From assembly GCA_045636545.1 (NCBI GenBank), contig JAZTXR010000055.1, positions 2,309 through 66,308 on the forward strand: a stretch of 64,000 bases of DNA, in the 5' to 3' direction. Below, in pieces: positions 22,200 to 30,922 of the stretch (the first letter of the stretch is position 1; every line of letters starts with the position of its first letter). This DNA comes from Bacteroidaceae bacterium (GTDB taxonomy: Bacteria > Bacteroidota > Bacteroidia > Bacteroidales > Bacteroidaceae). The translations under genes were made by a program, and so were the position numbers. Below the pieces are notes generated by a model. The model worked only from the letters and a program-made list of their open reading frames with translations, searched no databases and was not told the DNA's origin.

Positions 22200-23573
22200 A
22201 TGAACATAAAATCAAGTTTTGTGAAAAATCTGCTGTGCATGATGTCTGTGGTATTCCCATTGCATGGTGCCGTTGCCCAGGATAATGTCATAGACCGCGT
22301 GGAGTGGGTTGTGGGTGACAAGTCGATTCTACGCTCCGATATCGAGGAGGCAATCCGCTATTGGGTGACTTCGGGCAGAACATTCGAGGGTGACCCTTAT
22401 TGTGTGGTCGGCGAGGACTTGGCTGTGCAGCAGCTCTTTCTCCATCAGGCTGCAATTGACAGCATTGAGGTTGATGAAAACAACATAATGCGTCAGGTGG
22501 AGATGCAGATGGAGTATGTCATACAGCAGATTGGTTCAAAGGAAAAGGTCGAGGAATATTTCAACATGACATCATCGGCCATTCGTGAAATGTACCGCGA
22601 ACAATTGTATAACAAGGAGATGGCCGACAGGATGAAAATGAAGATTGTCGGTGACTTGAAGGTCTCTCCGGCGCTCGTAAGACGTTATATGGAGTCCTTG
22701 CCAAAGGACAGCATCCCTTTCATCCAGCAGCAGGTTGAGGTGCAGATAATAACAATGCAGCCCAAGATTGACCCCGAGGAGATTGAACGCGTTAAAGGAG
22801 AACTGCGTGAATATACGGAGCGAGTTATGAGTGGTGAGACCAGTTTTTCTACCCTGGCGCTGATGTATTCCGAGGATCCCGTTTCTGCACGTCGTGGTGG
22901 CGAATTGGGCTTTACCGGTCGTGGACAGTGGCAACCGGAATTTTCGGCAGTGGCATTCAATCTCACCGACCCGGGCAAAGTATCAAAGATTGTAGAGACT
23001 GAGTACGGTTTCCATATCATACAGCTTATTGAAAAACGAGGTGACAAGGTGAATGTGCGACACATTCTGAGGAAACCCGTCCATTCAAGTGAAAACCTGA
23101 AAGCCATGCTCCTTCGCCTTGATTCCCTCTCGACAGGCATCAAGGAGGGCGAGTTGGCTTTTGATGATGCAGTGGGCCTCTATTCCGATGATAAGGATAC
23201 CCGCAACAACTTCGGTATAATGTACAACAAGATGAGTGCATCTTCCCATTTTGGAATGGATGAGTTGCCTGTGGATATTGCCCGTGTTGTCGAGACATTG
23301 GCTGTGGGAGAGGTTTCGCAACCATTCGTGTGGATGCTCGATAACGGCAAGACTGTGTGCGCAATTGCGAAGGTGAAGTCAAGGGCCGAGGCACACAGGG
23401 CAACCTTCAGTGAGGATTATGAGGTGTTGCGCAAGATGTATGAGGCCAAGTTGAGTGACGAACGCATAAAGGAGTGGGTAAAGAAAAAACAGCGTTCCAC
23501 CTATGTCCGCATCAACAAGGAGAACCGCACTTGTGATTTCCTTTACCCCGATTGGAACTTCTTTGAAGAATGA
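22200..23573 (+). CDS. surA: peptidyl-prolyl isomerase SurA-like
   Basis: Signal peptide, SurA N-domain, parvulin domain EYGFHIIQLIEKR. Confidence 0.8.
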   Translation: MNIKSSFVKNLLCMMSVVFPLHGAVAQDNVIDRVEWVVGDKSILRSDIEEAIRYWVTSGRTFEGDPYCVVGEDLAVQQLFLHQAAIDSIEVDENNIMRQVEMQMEYVIQQIGSKEKVEEYFNMTSSAIREMYREQLYNKEMADRMKMKIVGDLKVSPALVRRYMESLPKDSIPFIQQQVEVQIITMQPKIDPEEIERVKGELREYTERVMSGETSFSTLALMYSEDPVSARRGGELGFTGRGQWQPEFSAVAFNLTDPGKVSKIVETEYGFHIIQLIEKRGDKVNVRHILRKPVHSSENLKAMLLRLDSLSTGIKEGELAFDDAVGLYSDDKDTRNNFGIMYNKMSASSHFGMDELPVDIARVVETLAVGEVSQPFVWMLDNGKTVCAIAKVKSRAEAHRATFSEDYEVLRKMYEAKLSDERIKEWVKKKQRSTYVRINKENRTCDFLYPDWNFFEE

Positions 23574-25213
23574 TATCTGTTTTGCCGATGTTGAGGCTTC
23601 TGTTGCTCATACCCCTTTTGTTTGTGTCGTTGACTGTGTTCCCGCAGGGACTGCAACCAGACACTGTTCCGTCACGCCCTGTCAGGAAGAGCTATGTCCA
23701 TCTGCTTCATACCGACATGACCCGTTTTGATGAGGCTATTGACCCCGAGGCCTGGATACTTGTGGGAAATGTCAAATTCCGTCGCGACAGTATGTATATG
23801 TATTGTGACAGTGCCCACTACTACCAGAAGAAGAACTCATTCCTTGCGTTCGGTAACGTGAGGATGGAGCAGGGCGACACGCTATTTCTTTATGGTGATT
23901 ACCTGGATTTTAACGGTGTTACAAACATAGCCAGGGTCAGGAATAATGTAAGGCTCATAGACAAGGAGGTCGTTCTTGAAACTGACAGTCTTGACTATGA
24001 CCGCAACAGGAATCTCGGCTACTTTTTTGAATATGGCAATCTTTATGACGGGACAGGCTCGTTGAGCTCCTATTACGGCGATTACAATGTGGATACCAAT
24101 ACGGCGCTTTTCGTCGATGATGTCATACTGGAGAATGACAAGTCCCAAGTCCTGTCCGATACTCTGTATTATAACACTGAGAGCAAGTTGGCGACAATTG
24201 TAGGTCCTACCAATATATATACGGGTGATACAGAGGTTTACTCTGATCGTGGAACATTCAATACAGCTACAAGGCACGCGAGTCTGATGGAGAGGCCTGT
24301 GCTGTTTAACGGCAACAGGGTCATGACTGCCGACTCTATATTCTACGATACTGCCCTTGGTTACAGCGAGGTCTTCGGGAACATTGTCTACACCGATACC
24401 ATAGACTGCAATATGCTGACCGGTGAGTATGCATTTCTTGACGAGGTGAAGGACTCTGTGTATGTGACAGGAAAGGCAATGGTTGTTGATTTTTCTCAGC
24501 GCGATTCTCTTTTTGTCCATTCCGATACAATATGGGCTGTTTCATACAATCTTGATACCGATTCGCTTTACCGCAAGGTAAAGGCCTACAACAAGGTGCG
24601 TGCCTGGGGAAAGAGTATGCAAGCTGTGTGCGACTCCCTTGTCTTTGATTCCAGAGATACCTGTATGACGATGTACAAGGACCCTATCCTGTGGAACGGT
24701 AACATTCAGTTGTTGGGCGAGGAGGTAAAGGTGTATATGAATGATTCTACCATAAAATGGGTGAATATCATCAACCAGTCGCTCTATGTTGAAAGACTTG
24801 ATTCTGTTCTCTACAACCAGATAAAGGGCAAGGAAATGGAATTTTATTTCACAGATGGGCAATTGGATGAGATGCGTGTGATTGGTAGCGTAGAGGTTAT
24901 TTTCTATCCGTTGGACAGTGACAGCACATATATTGGTATGAACACCACCACGTCGGGGCGTATAATGGCATACATGAAAGAACGTAAAGTGGAGCGTGTA
25001 GTCGTGCCCAAGGATTCGAAAGGTGTGTTTTACCCGATGAGCCAGCGCCCCGAGGATAAACGCTTCCTTGATACTTTTGCGTGGTTCGACTATGTACGTC
25101 CGCTCTCAAAGGAGGATATCTTCAATTGGAGAGGCAAGGGCTCCGACAAGGAACTCAAGGTGATGAAAAAAGAGAAGATACCTTTGCCAACTCTTGACCG
25201 TTTTAAAAAGTGA
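23570..25213 (+). CDS. OstA-like (LptD N-terminal-like) periplasmic protein
   Basis: ATGA overlap with surA, signal peptide, repeated OstA-like beta-jellyroll-type segments (YCDSAHYY..., ...GNV...). Assignment rests on recollection of the conserved Bacteroidales surA-ostA arrangement. Confidence 0.55.
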   Translation: MISVLPMLRLLLLIPLLFVSLTVFPQGLQPDTVPSRPVRKSYVHLLHTDMTRFDEAIDPEAWILVGNVKFRRDSMYMYCDSAHYYQKKNSFLAFGNVRMEQGDTLFLYGDYLDFNGVTNIARVRNNVRLIDKEVVLETDSLDYDRNRNLGYFFEYGNLYDGTGSLSSYYGDYNVDTNTALFVDDVILENDKSQVLSDTLYYNTESKLATIVGPTNIYTGDTEVYSDRGTFNTATRHASLMERPVLFNGNRVMTADSIFYDTALGYSEVFGNIVYTDTIDCNMLTGEYAFLDEVKDSVYVTGKAMVVDFSQRDSLFVHSDTIWAVSYNLDTDSLYRKVKAYNKVRAWGKSMQAVCDSLVFDSRDTCMTMYKDPILWNGNIQLLGEEVKVYMNDSTIKWVNIINQSLYVERLDSVLYNQIKGKEMEFYFTDGQLDEMRVIGSVEVIFYPLDSDSTYIGMNTTTSGRIMAYMKERKVERVVVPKDSKGVFYPMSQRPEDKRFLDTFAWFDYVRPLSKEDIFNWRGKGSDKELKVMKKEKIPLPTLDRFKK

Positions 25214-25298
25214 GAAACAGGTACTTTTGAAAATGAAGAACAGCGAACCTATCAGCTTCTATAAGAAAATGTTTTTTTTGGAAATTTGAACAGCTTCT
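25212..25298 (+). repeat. half copy (right 87 nt) of the ~190-nt structured element
   Basis: Aligns to 30782-30868 over its whole length, with a near-identical last ~50 nt (CTATCAGCTTCTATAAGAAAAT...GAAATTTRAACAGCTTCTAAA). Confidence 0.8.
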
Positions 25299-25307
25299 AA
25301 ATGACTT

Positions 25308-25607
25308 ATGGCCGGTTTTAAGATGCGTGAACCCAGAAAGTTCAATCATAAATATATTTTTGTTGACGAGCGTAAGGAGAAACTTGACAAGATTGTACAG
25401 AATGCCAAGCGCGACCTCGGTATGCTCCCCCCTCAGGAACCTACTTACGAAGAACGTATCAGGGGGGCGTTTGTCGGTGATAATTCGCACCTCGACCGCA
25501 TGCGCAGCAATCCTTCGCGCATTTCTTCGCGTTTTGCGGTTGCAGCCTTGATGGTGTGTCTTTTTGTATTGTATTATATTATGAAAACCGTTTTCGGCTA
25601 CGTATGA
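25308..25607 (+). CDS. small tail-anchored membrane protein, unknown function
   Basis: 99-aa ORF with a C-terminal TM (FAVAALMVCLFVLYYIM). Its stop overlaps the mutL ATG (ATGA). Confidence 0.45.
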   Translation: MAGFKMREPRKFNHKYIFVDERKEKLDKIVQNAKRDLGMLPPQEPTYEERIRGAFVGDNSHLDRMRSNPSRISSRFAVAALMVCLFVLYYIMKTVFGYV

Positions 25608-27457
25608 AAGATATTATACATTTGTTGCCCGATTCTGTGGCAAACCAGATTGCTGCCGGTGAGGTTGTGCAACGCCCCGCATCGGTGGTCAAGGAACTTG
25701 TGGAGAATGCGGTCGATGCTGGAGCCACCAAGGTACAGGTGGTTGTTGCCGATGGCGGACGGACTCTCATTCAGGTCATAGACAATGGAAAGGGTATGTC
25801 CGAGACCGATGCCCGCCTTGCTTTCGAAAGGCACGCGACATCAAAGATTGCTAGCGCCGATGACCTGTTCGCGCTGACAACGATGGGCTTCCGTGGCGAG
25901 GCGCTTGCCTCCATAGTGGCTGTGGCACAGGTTGAACTTGTTACACGCCGTGCTGCCGATGAACTTGGAACCTGCATAGTCATGAGTGGTTCAAAGCTTG
26001 AGGCACAAGAGCCGGTGGCGGCCCCTGTAGGCAGTAACTTCAAGGTGAAGAATCTCTTTTTCAACATCCCTGCACGTCGCAAGTTCCTCAAGTCGGTACA
26101 GACGGAGTTGAACAACATCGTCACCGAATTCGAGCGTGTGGCCTTGGTCAATTGTGATGTGGAATTCACTCTCTCGCACAATGGTAATGAGATGATATCT
26201 TTGCCGCCGTCATCTTTCCGTCAAAGGATTGTAAACCTCTTTGGCAAGCGTGTGAATGCCCATCTTATAGATGTAGATGTAGAGAGTACCCTCATAAATA
26301 TAAAAGGTTTTGTGGGTGCTCCCGAGAGCGCCCGCAAGAAGGGTGCTCTGCAGTACTTCTTCGTCAACGGCCGCTATATGCGCCACCCCTATTTCGCCAA
26401 GGCGGTTGCCGAGGCATACGGCGAGATAATACCGCAGGGTGAGCAGGTACCGTTCTTCCTCTGCTTTGATGTCGACCCTTCACGCATAGATGTGAATATA
26501 CACCCCACAAAGACTGAAATCAAGTTCGAGGACGAGACAAATCTGTGGAAGATAATCTCGGCTGCTGTAAAAGAGGCGCTGGGGCGTTTCAATGCGGCGC
26601 CAAGTCTTGATTTTGACGATGATGCTATGCCCGAGATACCAGTAATGGACTACTCTGCCGGTGCGGGTGCTCCGGTCTCGGCTCCAAAGGTGTCATACAA
26701 CCCATCCTATAATCCATTCAACAGATATAAGCCCGATTATCGCGGCTCGGGTGGTGGCTGGGAGATGCTTTATGGCGGCGTTGAGGGCGGCTCAAAACCG
26801 CTTGATCTCTCTCCATTCGAAGAGGTGGAGGATTTTACCGCGAACGAGCCGGCGGTGGTTGTCCAAAGTGCAATGAATGTTCCCGAGACCGAATATGTGC
26901 CTATGTCACAGTACAAGGGGCAGTATATCCTTGTCCCGGTGAAGTCGGGGCTTATGTGGATACACCAGCGTAGGGCACATATACGTGTGCTGTTCGAAAA
27001 GTACCGCCGTCAGATGAGTGACAGGTGCAAGGCTTCTCAAGGGATGCTTTTCCCCGAAAGGGTGGAGTTGTCCATGAATGAGGCTCTGGTACTTGATTCC
27101 ATATCCGAGGAACTCGTGTCGCTGGGTTTTGACGTATCGCCCCTTGGTGGTGGAACATACGTGTTGAATGGTGTGCCTGTGGGTATTGAGGGACTGCAGC
27201 CTGTGAAGTTGTTGACCGATATCATACACAGTGCAATGGAACAGGCTGACAATGCTGTGGAAAAGGTGCGCGATGGGGTTGCCGCCACTATGGCAAAGGC
27301 GGTTGCCGTGGTGACTGGGCAGCAACTGTCGCACGAGGAGATGGCATCTCTCGTTGATGACCTGTTCAATACCGCTATGCCATCGCACACTCCTGATGGA
27401 AAGCCTGTGATTCATATAATGGGTGATTCCGAAATCGAGCGTAATTTCTATAAATAG
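25604..27457 (+). CDS. mutL: DNA mismatch repair endonuclease MutL
   Basis: MKDIIHLLPDSVANQIAAGEVVQRPASVVKELVENAVDAG GHKL ATPase N-terminus. ATG at 25604 preferred over the track start. Confidence 0.93.
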   Translation: MKDIIHLLPDSVANQIAAGEVVQRPASVVKELVENAVDAGATKVQVVVADGGRTLIQVIDNGKGMSETDARLAFERHATSKIASADDLFALTTMGFRGEALASIVAVAQVELVTRRAADELGTCIVMSGSKLEAQEPVAAPVGSNFKVKNLFFNIPARRKFLKSVQTELNNIVTEFERVALVNCDVEFTLSHNGNEMISLPPSSFRQRIVNLFGKRVNAHLIDVDVESTLINIKGFVGAPESARKKGALQYFFVNGRYMRHPYFAKAVAEAYGEIIPQGEQVPFFLCFDVDPSRIDVNIHPTKTEIKFEDETNLWKIISAAVKEALGRFNAAPSLDFDDDAMPEIPVMDYSAGAGAPVSAPKVSYNPSYNPFNRYKPDYRGSGGGWEMLYGGVEGGSKPLDLSPFEEVEDFTANEPAVVVQSAMNVPETEYVPMSQYKGQYILVPVKSGLMWIHQRRAHIRVLFEKYRRQMSDRCKASQGMLFPERVELSMNEALVLDSISEELVSLGFDVSPLGGGTYVLNGVPVGIEGLQPVKLLTDIIHSAMEQADNAVEKVRDGVAATMAKAVAVVTGQQLSHEEMASLVDDLFNTAMPSHTPDGKPVIHIMGDSEIERNFYK

Positions 27458-27708
27458 AAAACCTGTATGCATTCACGGGTATTTTATGTTAAAAAAAATT
27501 AAAAACACCCCTGAATGCATATAGTGTCTACGTCTATTTTTAAAAAATATGTAATTTTGCAAATAAATAGGAAAACTGTGTAAAGACATTTCGTCGTTTT
27601 CTTTGCATTGTGTTTTCTGTGGAAACATTACAATGGCTTGTGTGTTTATTATTATGCAGTTTTGTGAGAAATAAATAAGTGTTTATATAAATCTAATTAG
27701 TTTTAAGT

Positions 27709-28872
27709 ATGAAAAAATTTATGATTTCACTAGCTATTGCTAGTTTTGCAATGTTCTCTACAGCGCAGGAGACAGTTAGCGAGGTCGTAGTTCCTACCAA
27801 ATCAAAATCGGTAGTTACTAACAGCTTCGGCAGCAACTGGTTCCTTGGTGTGAACGGTGGCGTGAATCTTTACAACGGCGTGTTCATGAATGGTGAGAGC
27901 GTTTTCGACCACGTATCTCCGGCACTTGATGTATTTGTTGGTAAATGGCATACTCCTGGTTTCGGTTGGAGAGTCGCTTATCGTGGCTTGAATATCCAGA
28001 CATACAAGGCTAATAGCCACGTGGCGTTCATGAACTATCATTTTGATGCAATGTTCAACTTGTGCAACCTCATCGGTGGTTACAAGGAAGGTCGTGTATG
28101 GAATGTGATGCCTTATGTCGGTTTTGGTTGGGCTGGCCGTACGCAGTCTAAATTTGATACAGATGGCGTGATGACATCTGGTAAGTGGACTGGAACACTT
28201 TCTGTGAATTATGGTATCCTTCAGTCTTTCCGCGTTGCCAAGCGCCTTTCTATCAACCTTGAGCTTGCCGGTTCATTCTTCCGCAACGGTTTCAGCAGCA
28301 GGGTTGGACAGTCGGGTCACGATATGATGTGGACTGCGACAGCCGGTCTTACTGTTGATCTCTTTAGAGTAGTAGATTGGGATAATGCTCCTGACGTAGA
28401 GGCACTCCAGGGTATCTATGCCGGTATGATTGATGGTCTCCAGGGTCAGCTTGACGATGCTTTGGCTGCCAACAGAGAGAAGCAGAACCAGATTAAGGCT
28501 CTTGAGCAGGCTAACAAGGCTCTCGAGACAGATATTGCAATCTACAAGAATGTTAAGCCTCTCAACGTTTCAGAGTCTATCTTCTTTGAGTTCGGCTCAT
28601 CTAAGATTGCTTCTAAAAAGGATATCTTGAATATCAAGGCTTATGCTGAGGCTGCCAAGGCTGCAGGTGTAAAGGTTAAGGTTGTTGCTTTTGCTGACTA
28701 CATTGGTGCAAGTGAGTACAATGTCAAGTTGTCACAGGCTCGTGCCGAGGCTGTAGCTAATGTACTCAGGGAGAATGGTGCCGAGGTTGAAACAGCTGTC
28801 GGTTACGGTGAGTCTGAGGAGTATAAGGAGCGTTACTTGAACCGTCGCGCAATTATGACTGTCGCTGAATAA
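27709..28872 (+). CDS. OmpA-family outer membrane protein
   Basis: Signal peptide, N-terminal barrel-like region, coiled-coil linker, C-terminal OmpA-like domain (FEFGSSKI...YNVKLSQARAEAV). Confidence 0.85.
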   Translation: MKKFMISLAIASFAMFSTAQETVSEVVVPTKSKSVVTNSFGSNWFLGVNGGVNLYNGVFMNGESVFDHVSPALDVFVGKWHTPGFGWRVAYRGLNIQTYKANSHVAFMNYHFDAMFNLCNLIGGYKEGRVWNVMPYVGFGWAGRTQSKFDTDGVMTSGKWTGTLSVNYGILQSFRVAKRLSINLELAGSFFRNGFSSRVGQSGHDMMWTATAGLTVDLFRVVDWDNAPDVEALQGIYAGMIDGLQGQLDDALAANREKQNQIKALEQANKALETDIAIYKNVKPLNVSESIFFEFGSSKIASKKDILNIKAYAEAAKAAGVKVKVVAFADYIGASEYNVKLSQARAEAVANVLRENGAEVETAVGYGESEEYKERYLNRRAIMTVAE

Positions 28873-28894
28873 TCCGCAGTCAAGTGATATATTG

Positions 28895-28927
28895 ATTGAG
28901 CAGGCCCTGTGTCTGCTCAATTTTTTT
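28895..28927 (+). terminator. intrinsic terminator after the ompA-family gene
   Basis: ATTGAGCAG-n9-CTGCTCAAT followed by T7. Confidence 0.75.
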
Positions 28928-29055
28928 GTTTATAGTGGTGGTTGCTGTTTTGTTCTGCTGTGGTTCTGTCGGTGGTTGACTCTGCCTGTTGTGGTTTTTT
29001 TGAACTTTTTATAAAAATAATTGGTGAAAGATTTGGTGGATAGAAAATTTTGCTG

Positions 29056-29063
29056 TACTTTTG
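29056..29063 (+). promoter_or_regulatory. -7 box TACTTTTG (tRNA-Val promoter)
   Basis: TAnnTTTG match 31 nt upstream of the mature tRNA 5' end. Confidence 0.5.
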
Positions 29064-29093
29064 CAACGCAATTGAGAAACGGTTGCACTTTAA

Positions 29094-29168
29094 GGACGTT
29101 TAGCTCAGCTGGTTTAGAGCATCTGCCTTACAAGCAGAGGGTCGGCGGTTCGAATCCGTCAACGTCCA
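29094..29168 (+). tRNA. tRNA-Val (anticodon UAC)
   Basis: Cloverleaf read by hand: acceptor GGACGTT/AACGTCC, D arm GCTC..GAGC, anticodon stem TCTGC/GCAGA with loop CTTACAA (TAC at 29129-29131), T arm GGCGG-TTCGAAT-CCGTC. CCA is encoded at 29169-29171. Confidence 0.92.
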
Positions 29169-29303
29169 CCACCAGGAGGCCTGCGCAGTGCGCGGGTTAT
29201 TTTTTTGCCCTTTTGCGAGGGCTTCCGTGCGTGTGTATATAAATAATTATTTATTTTTTGATAAACTTTGCCTCTATATTAGGTGTTTATACCTAAAAAG
29301 TGC

Positions 29304-29311
29304 TATTTTTG
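29304..29311 (+). promoter_or_regulatory. -7 box TATTTTTG (purB promoter)
   Basis: TAnnTTTG match 23 nt upstream of the purB ATG. Confidence 0.45.
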
Positions 29312-29333
29312 TAGCTTGAAAATATTTTAAAAC

Positions 29334-30680
29334 ATGGAATTGAACATTTTGACAGCTATATCTCCTGTTGACGGACGTTACAGGGGAAAGGCAGAGCCAT
29401 TGGCCGGTTATTTTTCGGAGTATGCTCTCATCAAGTACCGCGTGTTTGTGGAAATCGAGTATTTCATCGCATTGTGCGAACTGCCCATTCCGCAGCTTGC
29501 ATCTGTAGACAAGGCATTGTTCCCACGTCTGCGTGAAATATATTCAAACTTTACATTGGAGAATGCTGGCCGCGTAAAGGAAATTGAGAAGGTTACAAAT
29601 CACGATGTCAAGGCTGTGGAATACTTCATCAAGGAGCAGTTCGATGCCATTGGCGGCCTCGATGCTTGCAAAGAGTTCATTCACTTTGGTCTCACATCAC
29701 AGGATATCAACAATACATCAGTTCCCCGTTCAATCAAGGATGCTCTCGATGAGGTGTATTATCCTTTGATTGAGGAGCTCATTGCACAGCTCAAGAGCTA
29801 TGCCGAGGCCTGGGCCGAGATTCCTATGCTTGCGCGGACACACGGCCAGCCTGCATCGCCCACACGTTTGGGCAAGGAGGTTATGGTATTCGTGTACCGT
29901 CTCGAGGCACAGCTTGCCGAGCTGAAGCGTTGCCCCATCTCGGCAAAGTTCGGTGGTGCTACAGGTAACTTCAATGCACACCGCGTTGCATATCCCGGCA
30001 TCGACTGGAAAGCTTTCGCAAACAAGTTCGTGAGCGAGAACCTCGGTCTGCAGCGTGAGCAGTACACAACCCAGATTTCAAACTATGACAACCTGGCTGC
30101 ATTGTTCGATGCAATGCGCCGCATCAATATCATCATCATGGATATGGACAAGGACTTCTGGCAGTACATATCCAACGAGTTCTTCAAGCAGAAGATAAAG
30201 GCCGGCGAGGTGGGCTCAAGTGCAATGCCTCACAAGGTGAACCCAATCGACTTCGAGAACAGCGAGGGTAACCTTGGCATAGCTAACGCCATCCTTGACC
30301 ACCTCTCAATGAAGTTGCCAATCTCTCGCCTGCAGCGCGACCTTACCGACTCTACAGTGCTCCGCAATGTGGGTGTTCCCATGAGCCACATGCTCATTGC
30401 CGTGAAGAGTTCACTTGTGGGCTTGCGCAAGCTGTTGCTCAACGAGGCGGCAATCTATGACGAGCTTGACAACTGCTGGAGTGTCTGCGCCGAGGGTATA
30501 CAGACAATCCTGCGCCGCGAGGCCTATCCGAACCCATACGAGGCGCTCAAGGCCTTGACACGTACCAACGAGGGCATAAACCAGAATACTCTTCTGCAGT
30601 TCATCGATGGCCTCGACGTGCCCGAGAATGTGAAAGAGGAACTTCGTGCAATTACCCCACACTCATATACAGGTTTTTAA
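29334..30680 (+). CDS. purB: adenylosuccinate lyase
   Basis: Fumarate-lyase signature GSSAMPHKVNP, 448 aa, PurB-type N-terminus SPVDGRY. Confidence 0.93.
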   Translation: MELNILTAISPVDGRYRGKAEPLAGYFSEYALIKYRVFVEIEYFIALCELPIPQLASVDKALFPRLREIYSNFTLENAGRVKEIEKVTNHDVKAVEYFIKEQFDAIGGLDACKEFIHFGLTSQDINNTSVPRSIKDALDEVYYPLIEELIAQLKSYAEAWAEIPMLARTHGQPASPTRLGKEVMVFVYRLEAQLAELKRCPISAKFGGATGNFNAHRVAYPGIDWKAFANKFVSENLGLQREQYTTQISNYDNLAALFDAMRRINIIIMDMDKDFWQYISNEFFKQKIKAGEVGSSAMPHKVNPIDFENSEGNLGIANAILDHLSMKLPISRLQRDLTDSTVLRNVGVPMSHMLIAVKSSLVGLRKLLLNEAAIYDELDNCWSVCAEGIQTILRREAYPNPYEALKALTRTNEGINQNTLLQFIDGLDVPENVKEELRAITPHSYTGF

Positions 30681-30868
30681 GAAGCTGTTTAAAATTATAT
30701 CGCCAAATTTTTTATAGAGCAAGAATAGAATGTTTTTTTATTTTTTAAGGGCGCATAGCGGGCTATGTAACCGCAAAAAAGAAAGAAACAGGCATTCTTG
30801 AACATAAAAAATGGCGAAACTATCAGCTTCTATAAGAAAATATTTTTTTAGAAATTTAAACAGCTTCT
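30680..30868 (+). repeat. ~190-nt structured intergenic element bounded by inverted termini, copy 1 (candidate ncRNA or MITE)
   Basis: 14-nt inverted termini AGAAGCTGTTTAAA / TTTAAACAGCTTCT, nested helices, homologous full copy at 47767-47954 (inverted). Confidence 0.8.
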
Positions 30869-30922
30869 AAAGAGAAATAACAGAGATAATTTGGACCGTG
30901 AGGTTCGTAAAATATTTTTTAG

